DNA of 64,000 nucleotides, from assembly GCA_964247055.1 (NCBI GenBank), contig OZ176050.1, positions 8,804,001-8,868,000 on the forward strand. The letters run 5' to 3'. Origin of the DNA: Paragordius varius (Eukaryota; Animalia; Nematomorpha). Below the pieces are notes generated by a model. It was not told where the DNA came from and ran no database searches. It saw only the letters and a list, made by a program, of their open reading frames with translations. Every line of letters starts with the position of its first letter. The first letter of the stretch is position 1. Both the position numbers and the translations under genes were made by a program. Below are positions 18,511-33,010 of this stretch, piece after piece.

Positions 18511-19682
18511 AAGAATATTTACCCTAACATTTATTTATTTAATCTATATTTTATCATTTGAATTCGTAATTTTTGTGGTAAATTCGCAATAGAGTCGAAA
18601 AATGGGTATTTATAAACAAAAGAAACTCATAATTTAATCAAAATATTTTTTACACATAGAGCATATATAATAATAATTATTCTAATTTAAATCAATTCTC
18701 ATCTTTGATAAAACAATAATACTAATTATAAACTATTATGATTTTTATTATATATAATAATCCCCAATAAAATATAATTTATCAGCAAAAAATTTCTTAT
18801 ACAGTTTTTTTGGCCTATATAAAAACACGTACAAATTTGCTAATTATTTAACTATTATGAGCGCTTGGAGTATATACTGCTTGTGTCTCGTCCTATTTTT
18901 CCAGGAAACTTAATTATAAAATGTTTACTTCCTTCATGTACACACACACGTAAATATTGGGTTTTTTAATGATATTATATATTTTTTTCAGAAAAACATA
19001 TATTAATATTAGTTTTTTTCGTATGCTATTTATAAAAATGGTTAGAACTGTTTCTTTTTGAGATCGCCACCATTTATTTTTATTGCAATCAAATATCAGA
19101 TACTTTTTTATTTAAATAATGTACTGGCTTGTTAAATTATATATCGTCAGTTAATATTTATAATTAAAATTTATTATGATATTAATTTGTATGAATGATG
19201 AAAGCAAAAAATAATGTTTTATCAACAAATCTTACGGATTAACAAGCAAGCACAGTTCTTCGATAGAGAGAGATTAATTATTATTTTTTGACTATTAAAA
19301 AAAATATTTAGATAATATATTTTACAGCCGCTGCTGCATTCTTTTGAAATATATGAAATATTTTATTCAAATATATTTCATACAGAAAATTCTTCCTTTT
19401 TCCAAAAGGATATTATGTTTCAAAGCAAAAAATCTACCATATAATAAAAATAATCGGCTTTTTTGTTAAGCTAAACTTTTATCTTCAATTTACAATTTTA
19501 CTGTTAATGCCATGATTCCAGTTAGCTTTACTATTTCTTTGCATATTTATCTTTAACAGCGTTTTATTCCACATATACTACATTTTAACTGCTTGAATAA
19601 GAATGTATTCTTATTTTTTTTCTTTAAAAAATCATGAAAATTTACCGAATTCTTGGAGGCGCCTGATTTACTAATAGTAAGT

Positions 19683-19685
<3 letters not shown>

Positions 19686-19713
<28 letters not shown>
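19686..19713. repeat. (AT)n microsatellite
   Basis: Direct reading. Confidence 0.9.
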
Positions 19714-19723
<10 letters not shown>

Positions 19724-22700
19724 CAAAAAATTGGTAAAAAGCTAGCCACTGTTTACACCTTAAAGTCGCCAAAAATCTTACGCTGTAAATCGAATATTTT
19801 TTACCATTTTTTAATCAATGCATTTCGAAATAGGGGAAAAGTTCCTACAGAGAAGTTCTTAATAATACTCAATATATAACTTAAAAAGTTTTGGTTTGTT
19901 TTTACCGACAAATTATTTCACCAAAAACTTAGCAGTTATGTTGCTTTTTTCAAAGGAAATGACTACATAGCCATAATTTCTTATGACGACCCGGAAATTT
20001 TATACAACTAAAATTAGAAATAGAAAAAAAAACCAAAAACCTTCTTGAGTTACTGATTACTAATTTATTTTTATTGTTTGAAAGCATTATGTATATCATT
20101 TCATTCTCTGAGACTTTCGTTACCAATTTTATACCAATAATTTATTTTTTGACAAAATTGATCTTTAAAAAAGTTGACAAAATCGCCCTGCTTTAAAGAT
20201 TTTGCACCAATCATATAGGCTGGAAAAGGTTAATATATATATGCAAATATAATCAATTAATTTTAAAAAACATTTTTTACATTTTTAAATAATTATAAAA
20301 GTATTTTAAACTTAAATCTGTGTTTTAATCAAAATAATTTTCATAAAGAAAAACCACCTTTGCATCGCAAAAACAAATTTAAACATTTTCTATGATAGTG
20401 TTTTATATTAAAAATAATAGATCAGTGTTATTGTTAAACATATTTTTAACAAGACATTCCTAAAAATTTGTATGCCTAGGTGTTTTCCCTAATGCTAAAT
20501 GCAAACAAAAGCCAAATTTTGACATTTTATTACAGAAATTAATTAAATATTTTGTATGAAAACGACACCTATATGTTAAAATTGGCACTGTGTCTCCCTA
20601 CTCAATAACCTTACTGTAAGGCTATATAATAATCTTGCCATATTCTTTTCATTCCATTACAATATGTGATTTAAAAATTGGTTGCAATCTTTCTAAAAAT
20701 TCTGATTTACCCCCTGCTTTATAGCATAACCCCGGATGAAAAAAAATATTTTAATTTAAAATTAAATATATTAGTTTGAATATCCACCAAAACCAAATTA
20801 TTAAATTTTGATTTCATATTTACAATCTGATAAAAACGTTTATTTTTAGCTCGGAACTTTAGCGGAAAACATGTATGCCCATTTATATTAATCGATATTT
20901 TTATTCAATTAAGGTTCTTAATATTATAGTCAAGCCGTTTTAATTTAACCTCTATGTTTATGACTATTTAAAATAATAAATTCAAACCCCAAAATCGTAT
21001 CGAATTAATGTTCTGAAACAGGAATAGACTCATTCATGGTGCATGTTTTTCCTACAAGAATGCACAATCATAGAAATAGTTTAACCAAGGATCTTTAGCC
21101 CAACCCCAGTAAAATTATCTTTTTGCAAATCAAATTCTAACAAATGTAGTTTAAAATACGTGGGAAACCGCTATAAATACCCCATAGGTCTATTATAATG
21201 GTGTACAATCAATCGATCACATTTTTAAATTTATTTGGGCAGAACACTACCCTATGTAAAATATGCTTGTGACCCCGAAGAAATACTCCGGAATTATAAA
21301 TAAAACATGATTTGATCATCGCCTTGACTAAGTTACAAGGACGTATGACAGAGCACCGCTATAGTTAAAATCTCAGACTGAAATTAAAAGCTTGATACTT
21401 TATATGATGAATATAAATCATTTTTTTCCCTTATTTTTAAAGGAGGTTGTTGTAAAAAAACAAATCGTCATTTTACAAATTGAATTTTTATAGATACTGA
21501 TGTAAAAAGTATAAAGTTTAAAAACATTTGTAAAGGCAAGTTATATTTTGTAAAATATATATGTGATTAATTGGACATTGGGGACAAGAAATGATTGTTA
21601 GACAAAGTTGGGTAAAATTTGAATTTTTAATGAAGACTGTGCTGTTTAAAATTAGCAGACTCACTTCACTTTTAATAAAAAAATTAAAGTCATAAATTAA
21701 ATGATAAGCCAGTCCAGTCTTTAGCTCTGAAATGGAAAATATGAGTTTCGTATTTTTGAATGCAAAGAAATTGTTCATAATTTAATTTATCAAATTTTAT
21801 ACGTAATTGGATGTGTTAAACATGATTTTTGATAATACTAAAAGGAACAGCAGAGAAGACCTTTGCTGTATATACATAAAGAAACAACTCTAAAGAAAAA
21901 GTAAATAAATAATATTTTTACACAAAAAAACTTCTTTTGTAACATCTTTTTACTATATTTTTGGTTAGATATGTATGTTTGCATGTAATCAATATATCAC
22001 AATTTCTTCTCTGGAAGCTATTTGACAGAATATATAACTTATGATCTTGAAAATGACCAGTAATCTCCTTTACCATATAAATTATGTATAAGAAATATAT
22101 GCTTAACTTTTTACATATTTCCTAAGATAAATAACGTTGCTTGATTTATATTTATAGAAGCTTAGAATTATTTCGAAAGGTGGCTTAGATGTAACTTATC
22201 TTAATTAAAATTATATTTAAAATTTTTACTATAATATTAGTGGCTTATATATACGACCAAAGTTTGATTTTGTTTTTTATGTAAATTAGACCCCTTCACA
22301 ACATAATGTTGAAAAAGAAAACGATTATCAGTATCATTGAATTTTTATTTGTCATATTTTTTTTGGCAAGCAGGACGCACTTTTTGTGAAAACGATAACT
22401 GAAACTAATAAAGTTAAGCATAATTTTAAGTAACTACAAATCTTTTATACCATTTAAATTCTGTTTAAATAATTAAAGCCGTATATTATTCTCTCGGCCA
22501 CAGTTTTGAATCGCTAGGTCTAAGAAATTTACATCATATTCTCTGTTTTAATAACCTAAAATTACAAAATATACTATAAAAAATTTATAATTGATTATAT
22601 AGGTCTTATTTTTTTAGATAAAATAAATAGGCATATACAGATTTTAAGTACCGGGTAACTGATTGGTGTAATTTTTAAAATACAAAAAAGTTATGACATT

Positions 22701-24906
22701 ATTATATAATTAGCGAATATTCAAGAAAAGACCCGAATCCATGCACATTATGTTAAACATTTTGTAAACAACTAATTTTTATTAAATTTTATATATTATA
22801 ATATATAAAAGATTATTGTTTTTATCGTACTGCTTTATATTCATGTCCAAGTATAATCACGTTTCTCAAAATATGCCTTCGTCTTGCGATAATTATTAAA
22901 ATGCAAAATTTTGTGATAAAAAATATGTTAAAAGAAACATAACTAGCATGATAACGAATTAGAAGTATTTTATGGCATATTGCCTCCATAACAAGCGGCT
23001 GGCGGGATGCCATCGGCACTTAGCAGTCCTTTCTGTGGATGGCGAAAAAATCTAAAAAATTAATCGTATATTTTTAAAAAAACGTTTTTGTTAAATTTAA
23101 AATTTATTTTTTTCAAATATTTATTTAATATAGATGTCGAAATTTACCACGAGTGCCTTTTTAATTATATATATGTATGAATAATTATTTTGTCGATTGC
23201 CATAAAATTAATCTATATATTAATAAAAATGGAAAATGCTGGCTTTTAGATCTGTTTCGGAAAACCGGTAGACACATTCAAATCTAAATGTCGAAAAAAT
23301 ATAATCATTAATGAATGCCCCGACAATAGCTTCGCCCTTTTTTTGAAGTAGGCCCCAGTTCGGGCCCATCCCGTGTAAAAAACGGTTTTTTGAAAACAGA
23401 AGTCCACAAAAATCGTGTCTTTGAGACAATTTTCCGGAGAACGTGTTGGACCATTCAATTTCAAATATGTTTGTTTACTTATTTTCGATTGCGAGAAACA
23501 TAGTCGTCTCGCTTTTTTAATTTAGGCCCTCTTTTTACCCGCTCCCCCCGTAAAATGCCATTTTATTCAAAAAATAAAGTCTACAAAAATAATTTGAATC
23601 TATTTTTCGCCCAAGTAAACAATATATTCAAAAGACTTAAATATGCCTGGAAATAAATATATTTTTTTTATATTTTAATTTGGTAACCAATCACATTCAA
23701 AAGTTACACCATTTTTCCCAACAACATCATTTTATAATAAAAATTGTATTTTAAATGAAACTTGCTAAAAAATGTTAGAATTATTTGTCAAATATATTAT
23801 ACCAACCAAACATTTTATTTTCTATTTGCCTTTTGAAACAATGTGCCGTTTTAAAACCTATCTTATAAATAAAATTTCTGGGAAGACAAATCAACATTGA
23901 ACACTTTTTTGGCTTTTGAGGAAATCACAATACTTTTATGCATCACAACTCAGATTAATTATGGTAAACGCTTTTCGCCAAAGGGCTTTTTATGTTTAAC
24001 GTTTAATCTATGTATGCGCAGATCATGGTTTGACCACTATTTTGAGAACATGATTCGCAAATATCGTTTTGGTTAAGTCAGAGACACGTAGCTAGTTATG
24101 AATAAATAATTAATGTTTTAGCGTTTATTTAAAATATCTTTTGATAAAGTTTAATTAAATTAATTTAAGCATAAAAATGAATCTTTAAATGTAAAAAAGT
24201 GTTAAGGTTGGACGAAAAAGTATTGAACTATTTTTAAGGCCTCTCCATCTACAGCCGAAAAATATCTAAGTTAAAAAATACTTCATATAGTTTTACACTG
24301 AGGAACTTACGAATGTCATTTCGATATCAAGAAAGAATAAATATTACGTTTATATTATAATATATAAATGAATAGTTGTCTTCATTTCGTAATAGTAATC
24401 TTTATAAAAAGGTCTATTTCTTTACAACAATTTAATTTAAGAAACAATGTTTAAGATGTAAAAAGAAGATATGTTAAGTTTTGACGAGAATGAATCTACA
24501 GTTTTAAATGTACACTCGTTTTTTCAATTTAGCTACTCATCTTGCTTAATTGCATTATGCTATAGAAAACTTTGTTTTATCAATAATTTACAGAAGGAAT
24601 CCTTATAAAATTTGCAGCAGTGTGTATGCTTTACTAATAAATATAAGGCCTAAAACAGTTTTATTTTTACCAATAGTTAGTTATAGTGTAATAATATATT
24701 AGTATGTATTTTACTTTGGGATGACAATTTAATTGTTTTCTTTCTGTATGAAAATAGATTATACCTGGAATAAAAAATCTACTTTCACCTAAATAGCCAG
24801 CCTTAACAAATTCAAAAACGATGTGGGAACTGAAAAAAATTGTAGACCACAAAAAAATCTATATTCATTAAATGATGATGAGATGAATTAGACACCACTA
24901 ACAATT

Positions 24907-27393
24907 ATGGATTCAATAAATTATTCTTTAACTTATATGACAAATAATTACAGCAATTATTCTTCATACTTTTCAACTAGTCCTAGGCAGGTAGTTCCTT
25001 TGTTGATGTCCACCACAACTCAATTTGTGACACTGTCCCCACTTACCCCCTTACCAAATCTGCAATCTATCAATACATCCATCATCAATAACAATGAGCA
25101 AATCTTGTACAAAGTCAAACAAACTTTTTGGTTTACCATATTCCCCTTATTCATCGTTTTGGGTATCTTTGGAAATTTATTGAATATGTTAACGCTCTTT
25201 TACGGGAACTTAAAGGGTGTTGCTTACACCTACCTTAAATGGATGGCTCTTGCTGATTTATCTGTCAATTTTTGTGCTATCCCCTGGGCGCTTGAAAATC
25301 TTGTCTATTTTTCTATGGATGTACCCATGCTCGAAAGTCGGGCTTTTGTCACATTTTTGTGCCGCGTAGATTTATTTTTGCTCAATGGATTTATGAAATC
25401 AAGCGTTCTCCTTGTCATAGCTTTAACCGTTGAACGATACGTTGCGGTTTGTCACCCCACAAAATATAAATTACTTTGTACGGAAAATAGGGCCAAAATT
25501 GTTGTAATGTTATCCTATATTGTGGCTTTTTTAATCAGTTTTCCACTTGTGTTTCAGTATCAAGTTGTTGCTAAAACAACCCAACCCCTTTCACAAATAT
25601 CATATCCAGATAAAAAAACTAATTATACTTTTGACATGAGTAATATACAATCATCCTTCAATAAATCACACAAAACACACATCATAGAGGGAGCCGGAGA
25701 TTTCAAATTACCCCAAGATGAAGTAGAATTTAATTTTGTCACCCGATCAACCGTCAAAGAGAAAAACTCAGTTACACCAAGACCAGCTAATGCTCAAACG
25801 AGATATACATTTGACACAAACGCTATAACTAACACAATTGCATATGGTGTAATCTATGTTTGGAGCAAAGAAATATTACTTACATTTTTACCCATCTGCT
25901 TGCTAATTTATTTTAACTTTTGTATCGGCTGGGATTTCCGGAAAATCGTTAAGAAACGCAACGAAATGTTAAATAATAAACTTCAACCACAAAAGGATAA
26001 AATGATCGCGGCATCTTCAGTGTTAACAACGTCCGATGAAAAAAATCCCATGTTAACGGATATAACTACACCGAATAGCACAATAAATTCACCAGAAAGC
26101 ATTCGTTCAAAACACCGACCAAATCTAATTTACCGCTTGTTAAATTATCGGAGCAAACGCGTGAGAAAATCTTCACTTCAATATGATTTCGATATGTTTA
26201 CAGATGCAAATACGACATCGAAATCAGTCAGAAGTCAGGTACCAGAAATTCTCATTGACGAAAAGACAACTACGGTAGATTTGGATGGAGCAACACAGCA
26301 GAATGTGTCCGAGTTAAAATCATTGGTTGATAACGTGTCACCAAATGTTAAACAAACATTGAGTATTATCCGAAATCGCTCGTTCCGACCCAAAACAACT
26401 ATGACGAAAAAGAAAAAGTTTCAAAATGAACGCAGACTTATCATTTTAATGGTTGCCGTGGTACTTTTATTCCTCGTGTGCATATTACCGGCTGCTTTTA
26501 TATCAATTATTTTTCGGATCGAAAGTTATCGCCAAAGTATGGTCCTTAAAGTCGGCTTGATCATTAGTGATACCCTTGAAATTTGTAATTATTCCCTAAA
26601 CTTTTACCTTTATTGTTTTTGTAGTCGTGATATTAGGGAAGCACTCAAACATTCCTTGCGACATGTTAAAAAACCGTTTGTCTACATGTTTCGGCTCAGT
26701 CCGTGTTGTAATTCTACAACAAACAATAATAAAGCATTCTTACAATCTCCATTTGCCAAAAGTGGGAAAAAGTTAAATAAAAATCGCCATCCGCCCTCGC
26801 CTGCATTAAACAGTAAATTTACGTCTGGAACTCCGGTTAAATTAATTACAAACACACAAAATAATCCTCTATTGAATTCGAATCTAACCCCAAAAATTGA
26901 CATAACAACATATGCCCCCAAAAATATTTTATCTTCTTGCAATTCAAAAATCAATCCTGTCGCAAAAATAATCAGTGATAAATCTCATGCAGCGAATACA
27001 GCAAAGTATGAAGAACCGAGTCATGAATCAATTCACTCATTAGCTGTACCAAAGACAGAAGAGACGCCCGTACAAACCAGAGTTCCACCTGCCAAAAATT
27101 TTAACAATGATAATTCAAATACTGATACAAATATGCCTGTGATATCAAACCAAAAAAATCCTAAGCGGCCTATAAATACCAAAAATAACGGTATCAATCA
27201 TAATGAAAACAGCAACAATAGTGATAATAAAAACAGGCAAGCCCATGAAATGTCTCAAGTCCCATTCAAAAGTTTGATTATTGTGACTGAAGTCGAATCT
27301 CCGACAAAGTTTAATAGAGCGTTGGCCACAAATGATAAAAATTTGTATCTAACAACCAACAGTTCTAACGCCATAAAGGAGTATTGTATATAA
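24907..27393 (+). CDS. Intronless class A peptide GPCR (FMRFamide/proctolin/B0563.6-like group), 828 aa
   Basis: Single 828-aa ORF with seven hydrophobic segments. GIFGNLL (TM1), LADL (TM2), ALTVERYVAVCHP (TM3), CILP (TM6) and NYSLNFYLY (TM7, the NFxxY variant typical of this group). The ligand cannot be assigned. Confidence 0.9.
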   Translation: MDSINYSLTYMTNNYSNYSSYFSTSPRQVVPLLMSTTTQFVTLSPLTPLPNLQSINTSIINNNEQILYKVKQTFWFTIFPLFIVLGIFGNLLNMLTLFYGNLKGVAYTYLKWMALADLSVNFCAIPWALENLVYFSMDVPMLESRAFVTFLCRVDLFLLNGFMKSSVLLVIALTVERYVAVCHPTKYKLLCTENRAKIVVMLSYIVAFLISFPLVFQYQVVAKTTQPLSQISYPDKKTNYTFDMSNIQSSFNKSHKTHIIEGAGDFKLPQDEVEFNFVTRSTVKEKNSVTPRPANAQTRYTFDTNAITNTIAYGVIYVWSKEILLTFLPICLLIYFNFCIGWDFRKIVKKRNEMLNNKLQPQKDKMIAASSVLTTSDEKNPMLTDITTPNSTINSPESIRSKHRPNLIYRLLNYRSKRVRKSSLQYDFDMFTDANTTSKSVRSQVPEILIDEKTTTVDLDGATQQNVSELKSLVDNVSPNVKQTLSIIRNRSFRPKTTMTKKKKFQNERRLIILMVAVVLLFLVCILPAAFISIIFRIESYRQSMVLKVGLIISDTLEICNYSLNFYLYCFCSRDIREALKHSLRHVKKPFVYMFRLSPCCNSTTNNNKAFLQSPFAKSGKKLNKNRHPPSPALNSKFTSGTPVKLITNTQNNPLLNSNLTPKIDITTYAPKNILSSCNSKINPVAKIISDKSHAANTAKYEEPSHESIHSLAVPKTEETPVQTRVPPAKNFNNDNSNTDTNMPVISNQKNPKRPINTKNNGINHNENSNNSDNKNRQAHEMSQVPFKSLIIVTEVESPTKFNRALATNDKNLYLTTNSSNAIKEYCI

Positions 27394-29215
27394 TTTATAT
27401 TCCCATGCATCTCAAATTGTACAAAACCATACAAATCTTATAACGCATCGTAAATAAATTATTTAAGAATATAATTTGTATTTAAATTGCATGTTAGTCA
27501 TTGTTAAAATGGAAATCGATACAAATATGCCTTTACGAATTCTAAATTTATAGAAAAAAATTGGAGTAAAAGCCTGTACTCAACGCGGGTGTTACTACTA
27601 GGGTTTTTAACTGTTCATAATCAAACAATAACCGGTGGACTGCCTCAACTACAGTAAAAATTAAAATTGTACAGACAAAACGTAAAAACTAAAAGACAAC
27701 CATATCATATAAACCTTGATTTTTATCAATATAACACGTTTTATGCGAAATGGAGATTAGAGATGTAAATTGGTAATACACTCCATTATTTAATATAAAA
27801 TTGCAATCACGGAATGCCTTTTAATGATATTTCACACTATAGTCGGGCAATTCCCAACACAGCAATGTGTATATGGAAGAATAAAATAAAAATAATGTTC
27901 GGAAAGGAACAAATTATTTATTCAACATTTTGTTGTTTTTTCCATATACTACTGTATTGCAAATTAATTACTGAAAAAACCCACTGTAAACCACCCTTAT
28001 TTAACACTAAACCTTTACCATAGTTTACTATTTGAATAGTAAAGAGGGTCTTCAAAAAATATATATATTAAACACCCCATCACCTTTTAATGTAGTTTTA
28101 GCGATTTGAAATTTAATATTAAGTATTTAATGTATAAGCCGAATTTAAAAATAGCTTTCTTTAATCTTTTAGGCGCAATATACAAATTTTTTTATAAAAA
28201 GATGTAAATTTTCTAAAAAAATCCTTTCAAACTTTTTTGCCGTTTGCAACAGGCAAGTAAATGATTATCGTTAGAAAATGTAAAAAATTAACTTTAAGAA
28301 ATTTCAGGCTACATTTTACCAGCAATTTGATAAATTTTAATTTTTATATCAGCTGTTCGTTTTAATCGTGTTTTGAGATGGCCCAGACTCTAGTAAACGC
28401 AAAATTGTAAAAAATATAATCTTTTTTATCTGATTCATGTGAATAATGTTTAATAATTAAATTTTAACTAAAATAACTATTAAAACATTAGTTTTTTAGA
28501 AAACTGAGTTCTAATATACAAAACTACCCCAATAAACTAGGACAAAAAGTAAAAAGGGAATGAAATGTTAAGGCAAAAAGAAATGCATTCTAAATTTCAT
28601 TATAGTATTTGCCATTAAGAATAATTTATATAATAATTATAAAAAAATGTGACCACCTTTACTCAAAGAAAATTATGAGACCAATAGACGTAAAGGAAGT
28701 TATTTAATTTTTACCAAATAACAATTAACAGTTTAGCCATTGCTTAATTAAAAAAAATTGGACTTAAAAGCTACAAAAACATTTTTTATTTCCAAATTGG
28801 CGTTTTCCTAAACGTAATTCAAAATTCAACATTTTATGCTAATTATGACCATTATATTCCGAATTGTTTAAAAATTACTTATTTATTATTAAGATTTGAT
28901 TGATATTAATTAAAAATGTATTTAACCATGTTTAAAAAATTAATAAAAATCTTAATTCATATGAGATTAAAATTTTAAAATTATCGTGTCGCTAATTTAA
29001 TTTTTACTTAGACAATTTCTGCTTAGCTTAAACCCATGTTTTTAATTAATTATTTTTTGGTGAGCTAAAACAGGATCTTGTTTAATTTTTTAAAATAGTC
29101 AAAAATTTTGGTTTTTATAAATTAATTTAATTTCTCATAAAAATCGAAAACCTAAAATCTTTTCTTAAAAGAAAGCTTATTGTTTAGATGTAGATTTGAT
29201 CCTTATGAGCTAAAT

Positions 29216-29522
29216 CAGGGGTGTCCAACACAAGTGCGGGATATATGCGGCCCTCCGAAACTTTATCTGCGGCCCGCGAAAAAATAAAAATTTAATTTAA
29301 AAAAATATGCCCATAAATTTGTAAACTTGATATTTTTCTAACAAATTTTTTTAGAAGAGGTTTATCCGATTGGCAAGAAATCGAGAATATATGTATTTTA
29401 TCTTTGCATTTTACAGATTTTCATATGAAATATTTAATTAATTTTAAATAACATATGTGCAGCCCGTCGGATTTGTTGCACTAACATGCGGCCCGCGAAG
29501 CCATTTGTGGTAGACACCCCTG
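29216..29522. mobile_element. hAT (Buster-like) MITE with perfect 8-bp TSD AGCTAAAT
   Basis: CAGGGGTGTC...GACACCCCTG TIRs, GCGGCCCGC subterminal motifs and a TSD on both sides. Confidence 0.9.
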
Positions 29523-32439
29523 AGCTAAATACTAAAAAAAATACGGTAAAAAAGCAAATGATACTTATTATTAATCAAATTTTGATTATATTATATGGAA
29601 GGATATTTTGCAAAAAGTATTGATTTTAATATGTACAAATACAAAGTCCCTACGTTAAAACATAAGCTTTAAACCCTGATTTCAAAGCATTACCTCTTTC
29701 CCCGTGAAAAAAGTACCTCAAATTATTGCTTATAAATGTGCTATTATACTTAAAGTTTGGATACTAGAATGAACTGTGTTTGTTAGTATTTATGGGTTTA
29801 TCATATCAACATAATCTCATCTCACATTTAAGAGATTGATTCCAGCTGTGACATATATTAAAAGGGGCGGGGCAATTATATCCTTATAATTAAAGAATGC
29901 GTGGTTATCTGTTCTTAGTTGGTCAATTTATTAGTATTAATCCCTTACTTAACTTTTAAAAGTTTAGTAAACTATAAATAAATATCATTGCGAGAAATAA
30001 CACACAAATTTCAAGAAAAGTTGTGGTCATTTTTTTGAGACATTTTTCGAAGGCTAAGGCAACTTGGCTGTGAAATGACAGTTAGTGTTAGAATAAAAAT
30101 ATTATATAGTATCTATATGAGTTATCACTCTATACTAGATATTATACAAATTTTTTATGCTTAATAAATCTTAATTATCTTTATATTATCGTTATTATTT
30201 AAGTTATATCAAAAAACTAGGGTATTACATATTATGATTTTTATGCAGGAGTTTAATTAAAATAAAATGAGTTTTAGACTAAAATAATGTGCAGGTTTGG
30301 TTAATATCTAAATATTATATTGAGCAGAAAACTTTTATCATATAATATACATTAAAATTATAATTCTAATATTGTGGGACTGACCTCATTTTTATTACTA
30401 AGACTTAACCACACGTTTATAATTCTAAGATTGTTGTTTTGCAGTAGTTTTTGGGAGGTTCTGCTGAAAAAAATTGAAAAATAGCCAAGTTTAAAAAACT
30501 TTTTTAGTTTAAATAATTTACAAAATTTTTAGCTGTTTTTATTTAAATACAAAAATCACAAAAAATAATTATTAAGGAAGGAGAAAGTTGTTCGAGAAAA
30601 TTCCCCATTTAATATGTATGTTAAATTCAAATATTTTTACATTAAACAGGAATGATGAGGGTTAAAGGCGTAAGAGTCATGTTTTGATGTAAAATAATAA
30701 TTTCCACCGTTTTGCCAGAGAGCAAGTTAAAATTTGATTAAATTAGTGGTAATAACTCATTCTCTGATAAGATCAAAATAACTCTTTAAAATTCTATGCC
30801 AGTAAAACTATCGAGAGAAATTTTTTAAATTATAGTTTCAGTAATAATCAAACTACCACTCTTTCTCATATAGTTAATTTATCAAGACAAAAAAGTGGAT
30901 GTTTTTTTTGAAATAATTGAAATTGTCATCCACACCTACCATATAATACAAAATGTATAAAGAAAGACATTTATAGAAAGAGAAGATTTTCAATTGGTAA
31001 CAAAATAATCTGTTATAAATAAAACTAATAATTATTGCCTTGGGATTTTAAATTATTTATAGAATTTTTTTATCTTCTTTTTAATTTAGTTACAGGTCCA
31101 GCTTTCTTTTACGAAAAGCTTGTTGTGACATCATTGTTTGTTAAATTATAATGGAATGATAGATAGATAACAAAAACAACAACAGCCAATTTTATCAATA
31201 GATTCAATTAAAAATTAACGAGTATAACAATATTGCCAAAAAAACTTAGCCAATCTCATCAACATATATTTTAAATAAAATTAAATATAACGTTAAATAA
31301 TTAATGATATTTTTATTTATTATATTAATGCATTTATATTTAAATATTTTTTGCGTATTGAAAAATACCAATTTAGATGAATTAAGAATCGTAGTTTCCC
31401 TCTATATTTCATCACTCTTTGGGGTTTAAGGAGCCTCTTTAAAGCAAAAAGGGCTCCCTTTGTACCGCGCTCACGTAGTTCCGCCCTATTTTAAAATATT
31501 TCTATTAATTAACAATTAACATTTTATAAAGATAATAAAGCTCAAAACTTTGTCGCACTATTAAATACATATATATATATATATTTTCATCTTAATCTAA
31601 TTGATCAATTAATATAAAATGTGAAGATCAATGTTTAGTATGAGACATATTTTAAATGCTTACTCTATTTTTTCGCTTAACATGTGATCCTGACTTCTCT
31701 TTTTTCTTTACATGCTTTAACTTAAATGAAACATTTATAAAAAGCTAAATTTTGACACATCATTCCCTGACTTGTCAGTATCAAGGCTTGACTAGTTTTT
31801 AATATCTGTTTTTTGTGTTTAGAGATAAATTTTGGAAGTTAATAAAACAACTATTTATTAATTTAGTTTTTATATGTGAAATGAATTAGGTTTAACTATA
31901 AAGGTATATGATATTTTTTGTTACAAAACACCTTTTTATATGTTTAAAATTGGAAAATTTAACATTTTTTTACTTGTATTCTTTACAATTATAAATTTAT
32001 ACATTTTACAGATTAAACAAGAATGTGTTAAAAGCATTTAGAGACGACTAATTGTTTTCGCTTTTTATAATTGCTTGGTTTTACAAATATAGATTTTTCA
32101 AATGTACCTTTTACCTGTGTATATCTGTACCCCTCTACTTTAGTATACAATTTTTGAGAAAAATATTGCTTTTATGTTCATTTAATAACCTTTTACATTT
32201 AACAGCAGTGCTTACTTTAAACATTCGATTTTAAAATATGTTTTTTTAATACTTAGAGTTAAAAGCATTGTAAAAATACGCGTAATAAAAATTCGTATAA
32301 TATTATATTACCATGACAAAAAAACTTTGGGCCTAATATAGAAGTAAAAAAATCCCAATTTTTAACGCACTAGATGGGGAATTTCAAAGATGGAGCTGGA
32401 GCTCTGTTATAAAATATGCTAAACACATTGATTGCAAAA

Positions 32440-33010
32440 ATATACTCATTTAATTTATACACTGTGCGCTTAATTAAATATGGGGGAAAATGCTACATGC
32501 TGACAGACGAGTTGCATGAATCGAAAGAATTAGTGAGCAAATGGATTAATGTACGACAATGCGGTGTTTTAAAGTTAATAAAAAGAAAACGGAACTCATA
32601 AATTTTGGTGGGAAAAAACGAAAAACGGAATTAGAAGAAGGTTGGATTTAGGAGCAGATGGTTCTGATATAAATCTAAAAATTCGAAATAGTTGGGCAAA
32701 ATATAAAATATCTCAAACTTTCTGTGCAATCAAAATATTATCTAAACGACCAGGGTAAGATTTACAGTGTTGTTGTACAGTCAACAATGATATACAACTC
32801 ACAGACATGGACATTAAAAAAATCAGAACAGCCACTTTGATGTCACTCAAATTAGAATGCTCAGATTAATGTGCGATGTAACGAGGAAAGACAAGGTGAG
32901 GGTTTACATCAGTACGGATACCAAACCGATCGCAAAAGATAATGTTGAATCGACTTAGATGCTTTGAACAAGTATAGAAAGAAGAGACAATAAAAACATC
33001 GGTAAAAAGA
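32440..33010 (+). mobile_element. Old, decayed RTE-clade LINE fragment
   Basis: KIRNSWAK, GKIYSVVVQSTMIYNSQTWTLKK and VTQIRMLRLMCDVTRKDKVR resemble the RTE RT C-terminal region. Several stops and frameshifts. Confidence 0.7.
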
